This document shows, piece by piece, positions 1 to 14,150 of a stretch of 64,000 nt of DNA (its first letter is position 1; every line of letters starts with the position of its first letter). Below the pieces are notes generated by a model. That model made no database searches and was not told the DNA's origin. It saw only the letters and a list, made by a program, of their open reading frames with translations. Origin of the DNA: Eledone cirrhosa. Its lineage: Eukaryota. The translations under genes and the position numbers were made by a program. The stretch is from assembly GCA_964016885.1 (NCBI GenBank), contig OZ024741.1:401388001-401452000 (forward strand), in the 5' to 3' direction.

Positions 1-3000
1 ACAACGTCACATGACCCCAGTTCAATAGTTTGATGACACCCCATAACCCCAGTTCAATAGTTTGACATCACATGACCGTTGTACAATAGTTTGATGACAT
101 CCCATGACCCCAGTTCTATGTTTCACAGCATCACATAACCCCAGTTCAATAGTTTAATGACATCCCATGACCCCAGTTTAATAGTTTGACATCACATGAC
201 CCCAGTTCAATAGTTTGATGACATCCCATGACCCCAGTTCAAAAGTTTGATGACATCCCATATAACCAAGTTCAATAGTTTGACAACATCCCATAATCCT
301 AGTTCAATAGTTTAATGACATCCCATGACCCCAGTTCAATAGTTGGACAACATCCGATGAACCCAGTTCAATAGTTTAATGAAATCCCATGGCACCAGTT
401 CAATAGTTTTACAACATCACATGACCCCAGTTCAATAGTTTGACAACATCCCATAACCCTAGTTCAATAGTTTAATGACATCCTATGACCACAGTTCAAT
501 AGTTTGACAACATCCAATAACCCTAGTTCAATAGTTTAATGACATCCCATAACCCCAGTTCAATAGTTTGACAACATCCCACAACCCTAGTTCAATAGTT
601 TAATGACATCCCATGACCCCAGTTCAATAGTTTAATGACATACGATAACCCCAGTTTAATAGATTGACAACATCACATGACCCCAGTTCAAAGGTTTGAA
701 AAAAATCACATGACCCCAGTCCAATAGTTTGATGACATACCATAACCCCAGTTCAATAGTTTAATGACATCCCATGACCCCAGTTCAATAGTTTAATGAC
801 ATACGATAACCCCAGTTTAATAGTTTGACAACATCACATGACCCCTATTCAATAGTTTGATGACATCCCATAACCCCAGTTCAATAGTTTAATGTCATCC
901 CATGACTCCAGTTCAATAGTTTGAAAACATCACATGACCCTAGTTCAATAGTTAGACCACATCCCATGACCCTAGGTCAATAATTTAATGACATCTCATG
1001 ACCCCAGTTCAATAGTTTGACAAAATCACATGACCCCAGTGCAATAGTTTGATGACATCCCATAACCCCAGTTCAATAGTTTGATAATATTCCATAACCC
1101 AAGTTCAATAGTTTAATGACATCCCATAACCCCATTTCAATAGTTTAATGACATACCATGACCCCAGTTCAATAGTTTAATGACATCCCATAACACCAGT
1201 TCAATAGTTTGACAACATCCGATGAACCCTGTTCAATAGTTTGATGACATCGCATAACCCCAGTTCAATAGTTTGACTGCATCCCATGACACCAGTTCAA
1301 TAGTTTAATGAAATCCCATAACCCCAGTACAATAGTTTGACAACATTACATGACCCCAGTTCAATAGTTTGATGACATCCCATAACCCCAGTTCAATAGT
1401 TTGCCAACATCCCATGACCCTAGTTCAATAGTTTAATGACATCCCATGACGCCAGTTCAATAGTTTCACAACATCACATGACCCCAGTTCAATAGATTGA
1501 TGACATCCCAGAACCCCAGTTCAATAGTTTGACAACATCCTATAGCCCTAGTTCAATAGTTTAATGACATCCCATGACCTCAGTTCAATAGTTTGACAAG
1601 ATCACATGACCCCTGTTCAATGGTTTGACAACATCCCATAACCCTAGTTCAATAGTTTAATGACATCCCATGACCACAGTTCAATAGTTTGACAACATCC
1701 CACAACCCTAGTTCAATAGTTTAATGACATCCCATGACCCCAGTTCAATAGTCTAACAACATCACATGACCCCTGTTCAATGGTTTGACAACATAACATG
1801 ACCCCAGTTCAAAGGTTTGACAACATCACATGAACCCAGTCCAATAGTTTGATGACATATCATAACCCCAGTTCAATAGTTTGATGACATCCTACAACCC
1901 CAGTTCAATAGTTTAATGACATTCCATGTTTCCAGTTCAATAGTTTAATGACATTCCATGACCCCTGTTCAATAGTTTGACAACATCACATGACCCCTGT
2001 TCAATAATTTGATGACATCCCATAACCCCAGTTCAATAGTTTAACATCATTCCATGACCCTAGTTCAATAGTTTGACAACATCCCATAACCCCAGTTTAA
2101 TAGTTTGATAACATCACATGACCCCAGTCCAATAGTTTGATGACATACCATAACCCCAGTTCAATAGTTTGATGATATCCCATAACCCCAGTTCAATAGT
2201 TTAATGACATTCCATGACTACTGTTCAATAGTTTAATGACATCCCATGACCCCTGTTCTATAGTTTGATGACATCCCGTAACCCTAGTTCAATAGTTTGA
2301 CAACGTCCCATGACCCCAGTTCAATAGTTTAATGACATCCCATAACCCCAGTTCAATAGTTTGACAACATCACATGACCTCCGTTCAATAGTTTGATGAC
2401 ATCCCATAACCCCAGTTCAATAGTTTGACAACATTCCATGACCCTAGTTCTATAGTTTCACAACATCCCATAACCATAGGTCAATAGTTTAATGACATCC
2501 CATGAACCCAGTTCAATAGTTTGAAAACATCCCATAACCCTGGGTTAATAGTTTAATGACATCCCATGATCACAGTTCAATAGTTTGACAACATCACATG
2601 ACCCCAGTGCAATAGTTTGATGACATCCCATAACCCCAGTTAAATCGTTTGATAACATCGCATAACCCTAGTTCAATAGTTTAATGACATACCATGACCC
2701 CAGTTCAATAGTTTATGACATGCCATGACACCTGTTCAATAGTTTAATGACATCCCATGCCTCCAGTTCAATAGTTTGACAACATTCCATGACCTCTGTT
2801 CAATAGTTTGATGACTTCCCATAACCCCAGATCAATAGTTTGATAACATCCCATGAACCCTGTTCAATAGTTTAATGACATCCCATAACCCAAGTTCAAT
2901 AGTCTGACATCATCCCATAACCCCAGTTCAATAGTTAAATGACATCCCATAACCCCAGTTCAATAGTTTGACAACATGCCATAACCCTAGTTCAATAGTT

Positions 3001-6000
3001 TAATAATATCCCATGACGCCAGTTCAATAGTTTCACAACATCCATGACCCCAGTTCAATAGTTTGACAGCAGCCCATGACCCCTGTTCAAGAGATTAATG
3101 ACATCCCATGACTCCAGTTCAATAGATTGACAACATCACATGACCCCAGTACAATAGTTTGATGATATCCCATAACCCCAGTTCATAGTTAGACCACATG
3201 CCATAACCCTAGGTCAATAATTTAATGACATCCCATGAACCCAGTTCAATTGTTTGACAACATCGCATAACCCTAGTTTAATAGTTTAATGACATCCCAT
3301 GACCCCAGTTCAATAGTTTGATAACATTCCATAACCCTAGTTCAATAGTTTAATGACGTCCCATAACACCATTTCAATAGTTTAATGACATCCCATGACC
3401 CCAGTTCAATAGTTTAATGACATCCCATGACACCTGTTCAATAGTTTAATGACATCCCATCACCCCAGTTCAATAGTTTGACAACATCCCATGACCACTG
3501 TTCAATAGTTTGATGACATCCCATAACCCCAGTTCAATAGTTTGACTACATCCCATGACCCCAGTTCAATAGTTTAATGAAATCCCATAACCCCAGTACA
3601 ATAGTTTGACAGCATTACATGACCCCTGTTCAATAGTTTGATGACATCCCATAACCCCAGTTCAATAGTTTGACAACATTCCATGACCCTAGTTCAATAG
3701 TTTGACATCATCCCATAACCCCAGTTCAATAGTTAAATGACATCCCATAACACTAGTTCAATAGTTTGACAACATCCCATAACCCTAGTTCAATAGTTTA
3801 ATGACATCACATGATGCCAGTTCAATAGTTTGACAAAATCCCATAGCCCTAGTTTAATAGTTTAATGACATCCCATGACCCCAGTTCAATAGTTTGACAA
3901 CATAACATGACCCCAGTTCAAAGGTTTGACAACATCATATGACCCTAGGTCAATAATTTAATGACATCCCATGAACCCAGTTCAATTGTTTGACAACATC
4001 GCATAACCCTAGTTTAATAGTTTGATGACATACAATAACCCCAGTTCAATAGTTTGATGACATCCCATAACCCCAGTTCAATAGTTTGACAACATCCCAT
4101 GACCCCAGTTCAATAGTTTAATGACATCCCATAACCCCAGTTCAATAGTTTGACAACATCCCATGAACCCTGTTCAATAGTTTGATGACATCCCATAACC
4201 CCAGTTCAATAGTTTGATGACATCCCATGAACCCAGTTCAATAGTTTGAAAGCATCCCATAACCCTGGTTTAATAGTTTAATAATATCACATGACGCCAG
4301 TTCAATAGTTTGACAACATCACATGACCCCAGTGCAATAGTTTGATGACATCCCATAACCCCAGTTAAATCGTTTGATAACATCGCATAATCCTAGTTCA
4401 ATAGTTTAATGACATCCCATAACCCCAGTTCAATAGTTTAATGACATACCATGACTCCAGTTCAATAGTTTAATGACATCCCAGGCCCCCAGTTCAATAG
4501 TTTGATGACATCCCATAACCCCAGATCAATAGTTTGATAACATCCCATGAACCCTGTTCAATAGTTTGATGACATCCCATAACCCCAGTTCAATAGTTTG
4601 ACAACATTCCATGACCCTAGTTCAATAGTTTGACATCATCCCATGACCCCAGTTCAATAGTTAAATGACATCCCATAACCACAATTCAATAGTTTGACAA
4701 CATGCTATAACCCTATTTCAATAGTTTAATAATATCCCATGACGCCAGTTCAATAGTTTCACAACATCACATGACACCAGTTTAATAGTTTGATGACATC
4801 CCAGAACCACAGTTCAATGGTTTGACAACATCCTATAGCCCTAGTTCAATGGTTTAATGACATCCTATGACGCCAGCTCAATAGTTTGACAACATCACAC
4901 GACACCAGTTCAATAGTTTGATGACATCCCATGACCCCAGATCAATAGTTTAATGACATCCCATGAACCCCAGTTCAATAGTTTGACAACATTCCATGAC
5001 CCTAGTTCAATAGTTTGACAACATCCCATAATCCCATTTCAATAGTTTGACAACATCCCATAACCCTAGTTCAATAGTTTAATGACATCACATGACCCCA
5101 GTTCAATAGTTTGACAACATCACATGAGCCCAGTTCAATAGTTTGATGACATCCCATAAACCCCAGGTCAATAGTTTGACAACATCCCATAACGCGAAGT
5201 CAGTAGTTTAATGAGATCCCATGAACCCAGTTCAATAGTTTGACAACATCCCATAACCCTAGTTCAATAGTTTGATAACATCCCATAACCCTAGTTCAAT
5301 AGTTTAATGACATCCCATAACTCCAGTTCAATAGTTATTGAGAACCCATGACCCCAGTGCAATAGTTTAATGACATCCCATGTCACCTGTTCAATAGTTT
5401 AATGACATCACATGACCCCAGTTCAATAGTTTGACAACATCCCAAGACCCCTGTTCAATAGTTTGATGACAACCCATAACGCCAATTCAATAGTTTGACA
5501 ACAACCCATAGCCCTAGTTCAATAGTTTAATGACATCCCATAACGCCAGTTCAAAAGTTTAATGACATCCCATAACCCCAGTTCAATATTTTGACAACAT
5601 GCCATAACCCTAGTTCAATAGTTTAATGACATCCCAGAACCACAGTTCAATAGTTTGAAAATATCCCATAGCCCTAGTTCAATAGTTTAATGACATCCCA
5701 TGACGCTATTTCAAAAGTTTAATGACATCCCATTACCCAGTTCGATAGTTCGACAACATCCCATAACCCTAGTTCAATATTTTAATGACATCCCATGACA
5801 CCGGTTCAGTAGTTTGACAACATCACATGACCCCAGTTCAATAGTTTGATGACATCCCATGACCTCAGTTCAATAGTTTGATGACATCCAATGACCCCAG
5901 TTCAATAGTTGGACAGCATCCCATGACCCCAGTTCAATAGTTTAATGACATCCCATGACCAGCAGTTCAATAGTTTGAAAACATCGCATGACAACAGTTC

Positions 6001-6003
6001 AAT

Positions 6004-9000
6004 AATTTGACAACATCCCATTACCCTAGTTCGATAGTTTAATGACATCCCATGACTCCAGTTCAATAGTTTGACAACATCACATGACCCCAGTTCAATA
6101 GTTTAATGACATCCCATGACTCCAGTTCAATAGATGGACAGCATCCCATAACCCTAGTTCAATAGTTTGATGACATCCCATAACCCTAGTTCAATAGGTT
6201 AATGACATACCATGACCCCAGTTCAATATTTTGACAACATCCCATAACCCCAGTTCAATAGTTTAATGACATCCCATGACTCCAGTTCAATAGTTTGACA
6301 ACATCCCATGACTCCAGTTCAATAGTTTGATGACATCCCATGACCCCAGTTCAATAGTTTGATGACATCCCATATAACCCAGTTCAAAAGTTTAATGACA
6401 TCCCATAACCCTAGTTCAATATCTTAATGACATCCCATGACCCCAGTTCAATAGTTTAATGACATCCCATAACCCCAGTTCAATAGTTTGACAACAACCC
6501 ATAACCCAAGTTCAATAGTTTAATGACATCCCATGATGCCAGTTCAAAAGTTTAATGACATCCCATAACCATGTTCAATAGTTTGATAACATCCCATAAC
6601 CCTAGTTCAATAGTTTGACATCATCCCATAACCCCAGTTCAATAGTTAAATGACATCCCATAACCCCAGTTCAATATTTTGACAACATGCCATAACCCTA
6701 GTTCAATAGTTTAATGACATCCCATGACGCCAGATCAATAGATTGACAACATCACATGACCCCAGTTTAATAGTTTGATGACATCCCAGAACCACAGTTC
6801 AATGGTTTGACAACATCCCATAGCCCTAGTTCCATAGTTTAATGACATCCCATGACGCTATTTCAAAAGTTTAATGACATCCCATTACCCAGTTCAATAG
6901 TTTGACAACATCCCATAACCCTAGTTCGATAGTTTAAGGACATCCCATAACCCCAGTTCAATAGTTTGACAACATCCCATTACCCTAGTTCGATAGTTTA
7001 ATGACATCCCATGACTCCAGTTCAATAGTTTGACAACATCACATGACCCCAGTTCAATAGTTTAATGACATCCCATGACTCCAGTTCAATAGATGGACAG
7101 CATCCCATAACCCTAGTTCAATAGTTTGATGACATCCCATAAGCCTAGTTCAATAGGTTAATGACATACCATGACCCCAGTTCAATATTTTGACAACATC
7201 CCATAACCCCAGTTCAATAGTTTAATGACATCCCATGACTCCAGTTCAATAGTTTGACAACATCACATGACCCCAGTTCAATAGTTTGATGACATCCCAT
7301 GACCCCAGTTCAATAGTTTGATGACATCCCATATAACCCAGTTCAAAAGTTTAATGACATCCCATAACCCTAGTTCAATATCTTAATGACATCCCATGAC
7401 CCCAGTTCAATAGTTTAATGACATCCCATAACCCCAGTTCAATAGTTTGACAACAACCCATAACCCAAGTTCAATAGTTTAATGACATCCCATGATGCCA
7501 GTTCAAAAGTTTAATGACATCCCATAACCATGTTCAATAGTTTGATAACATCCCATAACCCTAGTTCAATAGTTTGATGACATCCCATAACCCTAGTTCA
7601 ATAGGTTAATGACATACCATGACCCCAGTTCAATATTTTGACAACATCCCATAACCCCAGTTCAATAGTTTAATGACATCCCATTACTCCAGTTCAATAG
7701 TTTGACAACATCCCATGACTCCAGTTCAATAGTTTGATGACATCCCATGACCCCAGTTCAATAGTTTGATGACATCCCATATAACCCAGTTCAAAAGTTT
7801 AATGACATCCCATAACCCTAGTTCAATATCTTAATGACATCCCATGACCCCAGTTCAATAGTTTAATGACATCCCATAACCCCCAGTTCAATAGTTTGAC
7901 AACAACCCATAACCCAAGTCCAATAGTTTAATGACATCCCATGATGCCAGTTCAAAAGTTTAATGACATCCCATAACCATGTTCAATAGTTTGATAACAT
8001 CCCATAACCCTAGTTCAATAGTTTGACATCATCCCATAACCCCAGTTCAATAGTTAAATGACATCCCATAACCCCAGTTCAATATTTTGACAACATGCCA
8101 TAACCCTAGTTCAATAGTTTAATGACATCCCATGACGCCAGATCAATAGATTGACAACATCACATGACCCCAGTTTAATAGTTTGATGACATCCCAGAAC
8201 CACAGTTCAATGGTTTGACAACATCCCATAGCCCTAGTTCCATAGTTTAATGACATCCCATGACGCTATTTCAAAAGTTTAATGACATCCCATTACCCAG
8301 TTCAATAGTTTGACAACATCCCATAACCCTAGTTCGATAGTTTAAGGACATCCCATAACCCCAGTTCAATAGTTTGACAACATCCCATTACCCTAGTTCG
8401 ATAGTTTAATGACATCCCATGACTCCAGTTCAATAGTTTGACAACATCACATGACCCCAGTTCAATAGTTTAATGACATCCCATGACTCCAGTTCAATAG
8501 ATGGACAGCATCCCATAACCCTAGTTCAATAGTTTGGTGACATCCCATAAGCCTAGTTCAATAGGTTAATGACATACCATGACCCCAGTTCAATATTTTG
8601 ACAACATCCCATAACCCCAGTTCAATAGTTTAATGACATCCCATGACTCCAGTTCAATAGTTTGACAACATCACATGACCCCAGTTCAATAGTTTGATGA
8701 CATCCCATGACCCCAGTTCAATAGTTTGATGACATCCCATATAACCCAGTTCAAAAGTTTAATGACATCCCATAACCCTAGTTCAATATCTTAATGACAT
8801 CCCATGACCCCAGTTCAATAGTTTAATGACATCCCATAACCCCAGTTCAATAGTTTGACAACAACCCATAACCCAAGTTCAATAGTTTAATGACATCCCA
8901 TGATGCCAGTTCAAAAGTTTAATGACATCCCATAACCATGTTCAATAGTTTGATAACATCCCATAACCCTAGTTCAATAGTTTGACATCATCCCATAACC

Positions 9001-9330
9001 CCAGTTCAATAGTTAAATGACATCCCATAACCCCAGTTCAATATTTTGACAACATGCCATAACCCTAGTTCAATAGTTTAATGACATCCCATGACGCCAG
9101 ATCAATAGATTGACAACATCACATGACCCCAGTTTAATAGTTTGATGACATCCCAGAACCACAGTTCAATGGTTTGACAACATCCCATAGCCCTAGTTCC
9201 ATAGTTTAATGACATCCCATGACGCTATTTCAAAAGTTTAATGACATCCCATTACCCAGTTCAATAGTTTGACAACATCCCATAACCCTAGTTCGATAGT
9301 TTAAGGACATCCCATAACCCCAGTTCAATA
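6004..9330. repeat. Higher-order repeat: three near-identical ~959-bp (30-monomer) units; the middle unit carries an extra ~448-bp (14-monomer) duplication
   Basis: Rare variants recur at fixed offsets. AGATGGACAG lies at 6132, 7091, 8499; AAGGACAT at 6936, 8344, 9303; ATCTTAATGA at 6421, 7380, 7828, 8788 (offsets 959, 448, 960). Confidence 0.88.
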
Positions 9331-11199
9331 GTTTGACAACATGCCATAACCCTAGTTCAATAGTTAAATAATGTCCCATGACGCCAGTTCAATAGTTTCA
9401 CAACATCCCATGACCCCAGTTCAATAGTTTGACAACAGCCCATGAACCCAGTTCAAGAGATTAATGACATCCCATGACTCCTGTTCAATAGATTGCAACA
9501 TCACATGACCCCAGTACAATAGTTTGATGATATCCCATAACTCCAGTTCAATAGTTAGACCACATCCCATAACCCTAGGTCAATAATTTAATGACATCCC
9601 ATGAACCCGGTTCAATTGTTTGACAACATCGCATAACCCTAGTTTAATAGTTTAATGACATCCCATGACCCCAGTTCAATAGTTTGATAACATTCCATAA
9701 CCCTAGTTCAATAGTTTAATGACGTCCCATAACACCATTTCAATAGTTTAATGACATCCCATGACACCTGTTCAATAGTTTAATGACATCCCATGACCCC
9801 AGTTCAATAGTTTGACAACATCCCATGACCACTGTTCAATAGTTTGATGACATCCCATAACCCCAGTTCAATAGTTTGACTACATCCCATGACCCCAGTT
9901 CAATAGTTTAATGAAATCCCATAACCCCAGTACAATAGTTTGACAGCATTACATGACCCCTGTTCAATAGTTTGATGACATCCCATAACCCCAGTTCAAT
10001 AGTTTAATGACATCACATGATGCCAGTTCAATAGTTTGACAAAATCCCATAGCCCTAGTTTAATAGTTTAATGACATCACATGACCCCAGTTCAATAGTT
10101 TGACAACATAACATGACACCAGTTTAATAGTTTGATGACATCCCAGAACTACAGTTCAATGGTTTGACAACATCCCATAGCCCTAGTTCAATGGTTTAAT
10201 GACATCCCATGACGCCAGCTCAATAGTTTGACAACATCACACGACACCAGTTCAATAGTTTGATGACATCCCATGACCCCAGATCAATAGTTTAATGACA
10301 TCCCATAACCCAGTTCAATAGTTTGCCAACATTCCATGACCCTAGTTCAATAGTTTGACAACATCCCATAATCACATTTCAATAGTTTGACAACATCCCA
10401 TAACCCTAGTTCAATAGTTTAATGACATCCCAGGACCCCAGTTCAATAGTTTGACAACATCACATGAGCCCAGTTCAATAGTTTGATGACATCCCATAAA
10501 CCCCAGTTAAATAGTTTGACAACATCCCATAACACTAGTTCAATAGTTTAATGACATATCATGACGCCAGTTCAATAGTTTGACAACATGACATGACCCC
10601 AGTTCAATAGTTTAATGACATCCCATAACCCCAGTTCAATAGTTTGACAACATCACAAGACACCTGTTCAATAGTTTGATGACATCCCATAACCCCATTT
10701 CAATAGTTTACAACATCCAATGACCCTAGTTCAATGGTTTGACAACATCCCGTAATCCCAGTTCAATAGTTTGATAACATCACATGACCCCAGTCAAATA
10801 GTTTGATGACATACTATAACGGCAGTTCAATAGTTTGATGATATCCAATAACCCCAGTTCAATAGTTTAATGACATCCCAATACCCCATTTCAATAGTTT
10901 AATGATATCCCTTGCCCCCCGTTCAATAGTTTGACAACATCCCATGACCCCTGTTCAATAGTTTTTGTCATCCCATAACCCCAGTTCAATAGTTTGACTA
11001 CATCCCATGAACCCGGTTTAATAGTTTGACAACATCCCATAACCCTAGTTCAATATTTCAATGACATCCCATGACACCAGTTCAATAGTTTGACAACATC
11101 CCATAACCCTAGTTCAATAGTTTAATGACATCCCATAACACCAGTTCAATAGTTTGACATCATCCCATAACCCCAGTTCAATAGTTAAATGATATCCCA

Positions 11200-14150
11200 T
11201 AACCCCAGTTCAATAGTTTGACAACATGCCATAACCCTAGTTCAATAGTTTAATAATATCCCATGATGCCAGTTCAATAGTTTCACAACATCCCATGACC
11301 CCAGTTCAATAGTTTAACAACAGCCCATGACCCCAGTTCAAGAGATTAATGACATCCCATGACTCCAGTTCAATAGATTGATTACATTCCATAACCCTAG
11401 TTCAATAGCTTAATGACGTCCCATAACACCATTTCAATAGTTTAATGACATCCCATGACGCCAGTTCAATAGTTTCACAACATCCCATGACCCCAGTTCA
11501 ATAGTTTGACAACAGCCCATGACCCCAGTTCAACAGTTTAATGACATCCCATGACACCTGTTCAAAAGATTAATGACATCCCATGACCCCAGTTCAATAC
11601 TTTGACAACATCCCGTGACCACCGTTCAATAGTTTGATGACATCCCATAACCCCAGTACAATAGTTTGACAGCATTACATGACCCCTGTTCAATAGTTTG
11701 ATGACATCCCATAACCCCAGTTCAATAGTTTGACAACATTCCATGACCCTAGTTCAATAGTTTGACATCATCCCATAACCCCAGTTCAATAGTTAAATGA
11801 CATCCCATAACCCTAGTTCAATAGTTTAATGACATCACATGATGCCAGTTCAATAGTTTGACAAAATCCCATAGCCCTAGTTTAATAGTTTAATGACATC
11901 CCATGACCCCAGTTCAATAGTTTGACAACATAACATGACCCCAGTTCAAAGGTTTGACAACATCACATGACCCTAGGTCAATAATTTAATGACATCCCAT
12001 GAACCCAGTTCAATTGTTTGACAACATCGCATAACCCTAGTTTAATAGTTTGATGACATACAAAAACCCCAGTTCAATAGTTTGATGACATCCCATAACC
12101 CCAGTTCAATAGTTTAATGACATTCCATGACTTCAGTTCAATAGTTTAATGACATCCCATGACCCCTGTTCTATAGTTTGATGTCATCCCATAACCCCAG
12201 TTCAATAGTTTGACAACATCCCATGACCCCAGTTCAATAGTTTAATGACATCCCATAACCCCAGTTCAATAGTTTGATAACATCCCATGAACCCTGTTCA
12301 ATAGTTTGATGACATCCCATAACCCCAGTTCAATAGTTTGACAACATTCCATGACCCTAGTTCAATAGTTTGACATCATCCCATAACCCCAGTTGAATAG
12401 TTAAATGACATCCCATAACCACAATTCAATAGTTTGACAACATGCCATAACCCTAGTTCAATAGTTTAATAATATCCCATGACGCCAGTTCAATAGTTTC
12501 ACAACATCACATCACACCAGTTTAATAGTTTGATGACATCCCAGAACCACAGTTCAATGGTTTGACAACATCCTATAGCCCTAGTTCAATGGTTTAATGA
12601 CATCCCATGACGCCAGCTCAATAGTTTGACAACATCACACGACACCAGTTCAATAGTTTGATAACATCCCATGACCCCAGATCAATAGTTTAATGACATC
12701 CCATAACCCCAGTTCAATAGTTTGACAACATTCCATGACCCTAGTTCAATAGTTTGACAACATCCCATAATCCCATTTCAATAGTTTGACAACATCCCAT
12801 AACCCTAGTTCAATAGTTTAATGACATCCCAGGACCCCAGTTCAATAGTTTGACAACATCACATGAGCCCAGTTCAATAGTTTGATGACATCCCATAACT
12901 CCAGTTCAATAGTTATTGAGAACCCATGACCCCAGTGCAATAGTTTAATGACATCCCATGTCACCTGTTCAATAGTTTAATGACATCACATGACCCCAGT
13001 TCAATAGTTTGACAACATCCCAAGACCCCTGTTCAATAGTTTGATGACAACCCATAACGCCAATTCAATAGTTTGACAACAACCCATAGCCCTAGTTCAA
13101 TAGTTTAATGACATCCCATTACGCCAGTTCAAAAGTTTAATGACATCCCATAACCCAGTTCAGTAGTTTGATAAAATCCCATAAACCTAGTTCAATAGTT
13201 TGACATCATCCCATAACCTCAGTTCAATAGTTAAATGACATCCCATGACTCCAGTTCAATATTTTGACAACATGCCATAACCCTAGTTCAATAGTTTAAT
13301 GACATCCCAGAACCACAGTTCAATGGTTTGAAAATATCCCATAGCCCTAGTTCAATAGTTTAATGACATCCCATGACGCTATTTCAAAAGTTTAATGACA
13401 TCCCATTACCCAGTTCGATAGTTCGACAACATCCCATAACCCTAGTTCAATATTTTAATGACATCCCATGACACCAGTTCAGTAGTTTGACAACATCACA
13501 TGACCCCAGTTCAATAGTTTGATGACATCCCATGACCCCAGTTCAATAGTTTGATGACATCCAATGACCCCAGTTCAATAGTTGGACAACATCCCATGAC
13601 CCCAGTTCAATAGTTTAATGACATCCCATGACCCCAGTTCAATAGTTTGAAAACATCGCATGACAACAGTTCAATAATTTGACAACATCCCATGACCCTA
13701 GTTCGATAGTTTAATGACATCCCATGACTCCAGTTCAATAGTTTGACAACATCACATGACCCCAGTTCAATAGTTTAATGACATCCCATGACTCCAGTTC
13801 AATAGATGGACAGCATCCCATAACCCTAGTTCAATAGTTTGATGACATCCCATAACCCTAGTTCAATAGGTTAATGACATACCATGACCCCAGTTCAATA
13901 TTTTGACAACATCCCATAACCCCAGTTCAATAGTTTAATGACATCCCATGACTCCAGTTCAATAGTTTGACAACATCACATGACCCCAGTTCAATAGTTT
14001 GATGACATCCCATGACCCCAGTTCAAAAGTTTGATGACATCCCATATAACCCAGTTCAAAAGTTTAATGACATCCCATAACCCTAGTTCAATATCTTAAT
14101 GACATCCCATGACCCCAGTTCAATAGTTTAATGACATCCCATAACCCCAG
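11200..14150. repeat. Rearranged dispersed copy of the ~2960-6490 block (offset ~7.6-7.7 kb at the markers checked)
   Basis: Shared rare variants occur in the same order: CCAGCTCAAT (4873/12613), AGTTATTGAGAACC (5333/12911), GTTCGATAGTTCGAC (5740/13413), AGATGGACAG (6132/13804). Confidence 0.8.
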
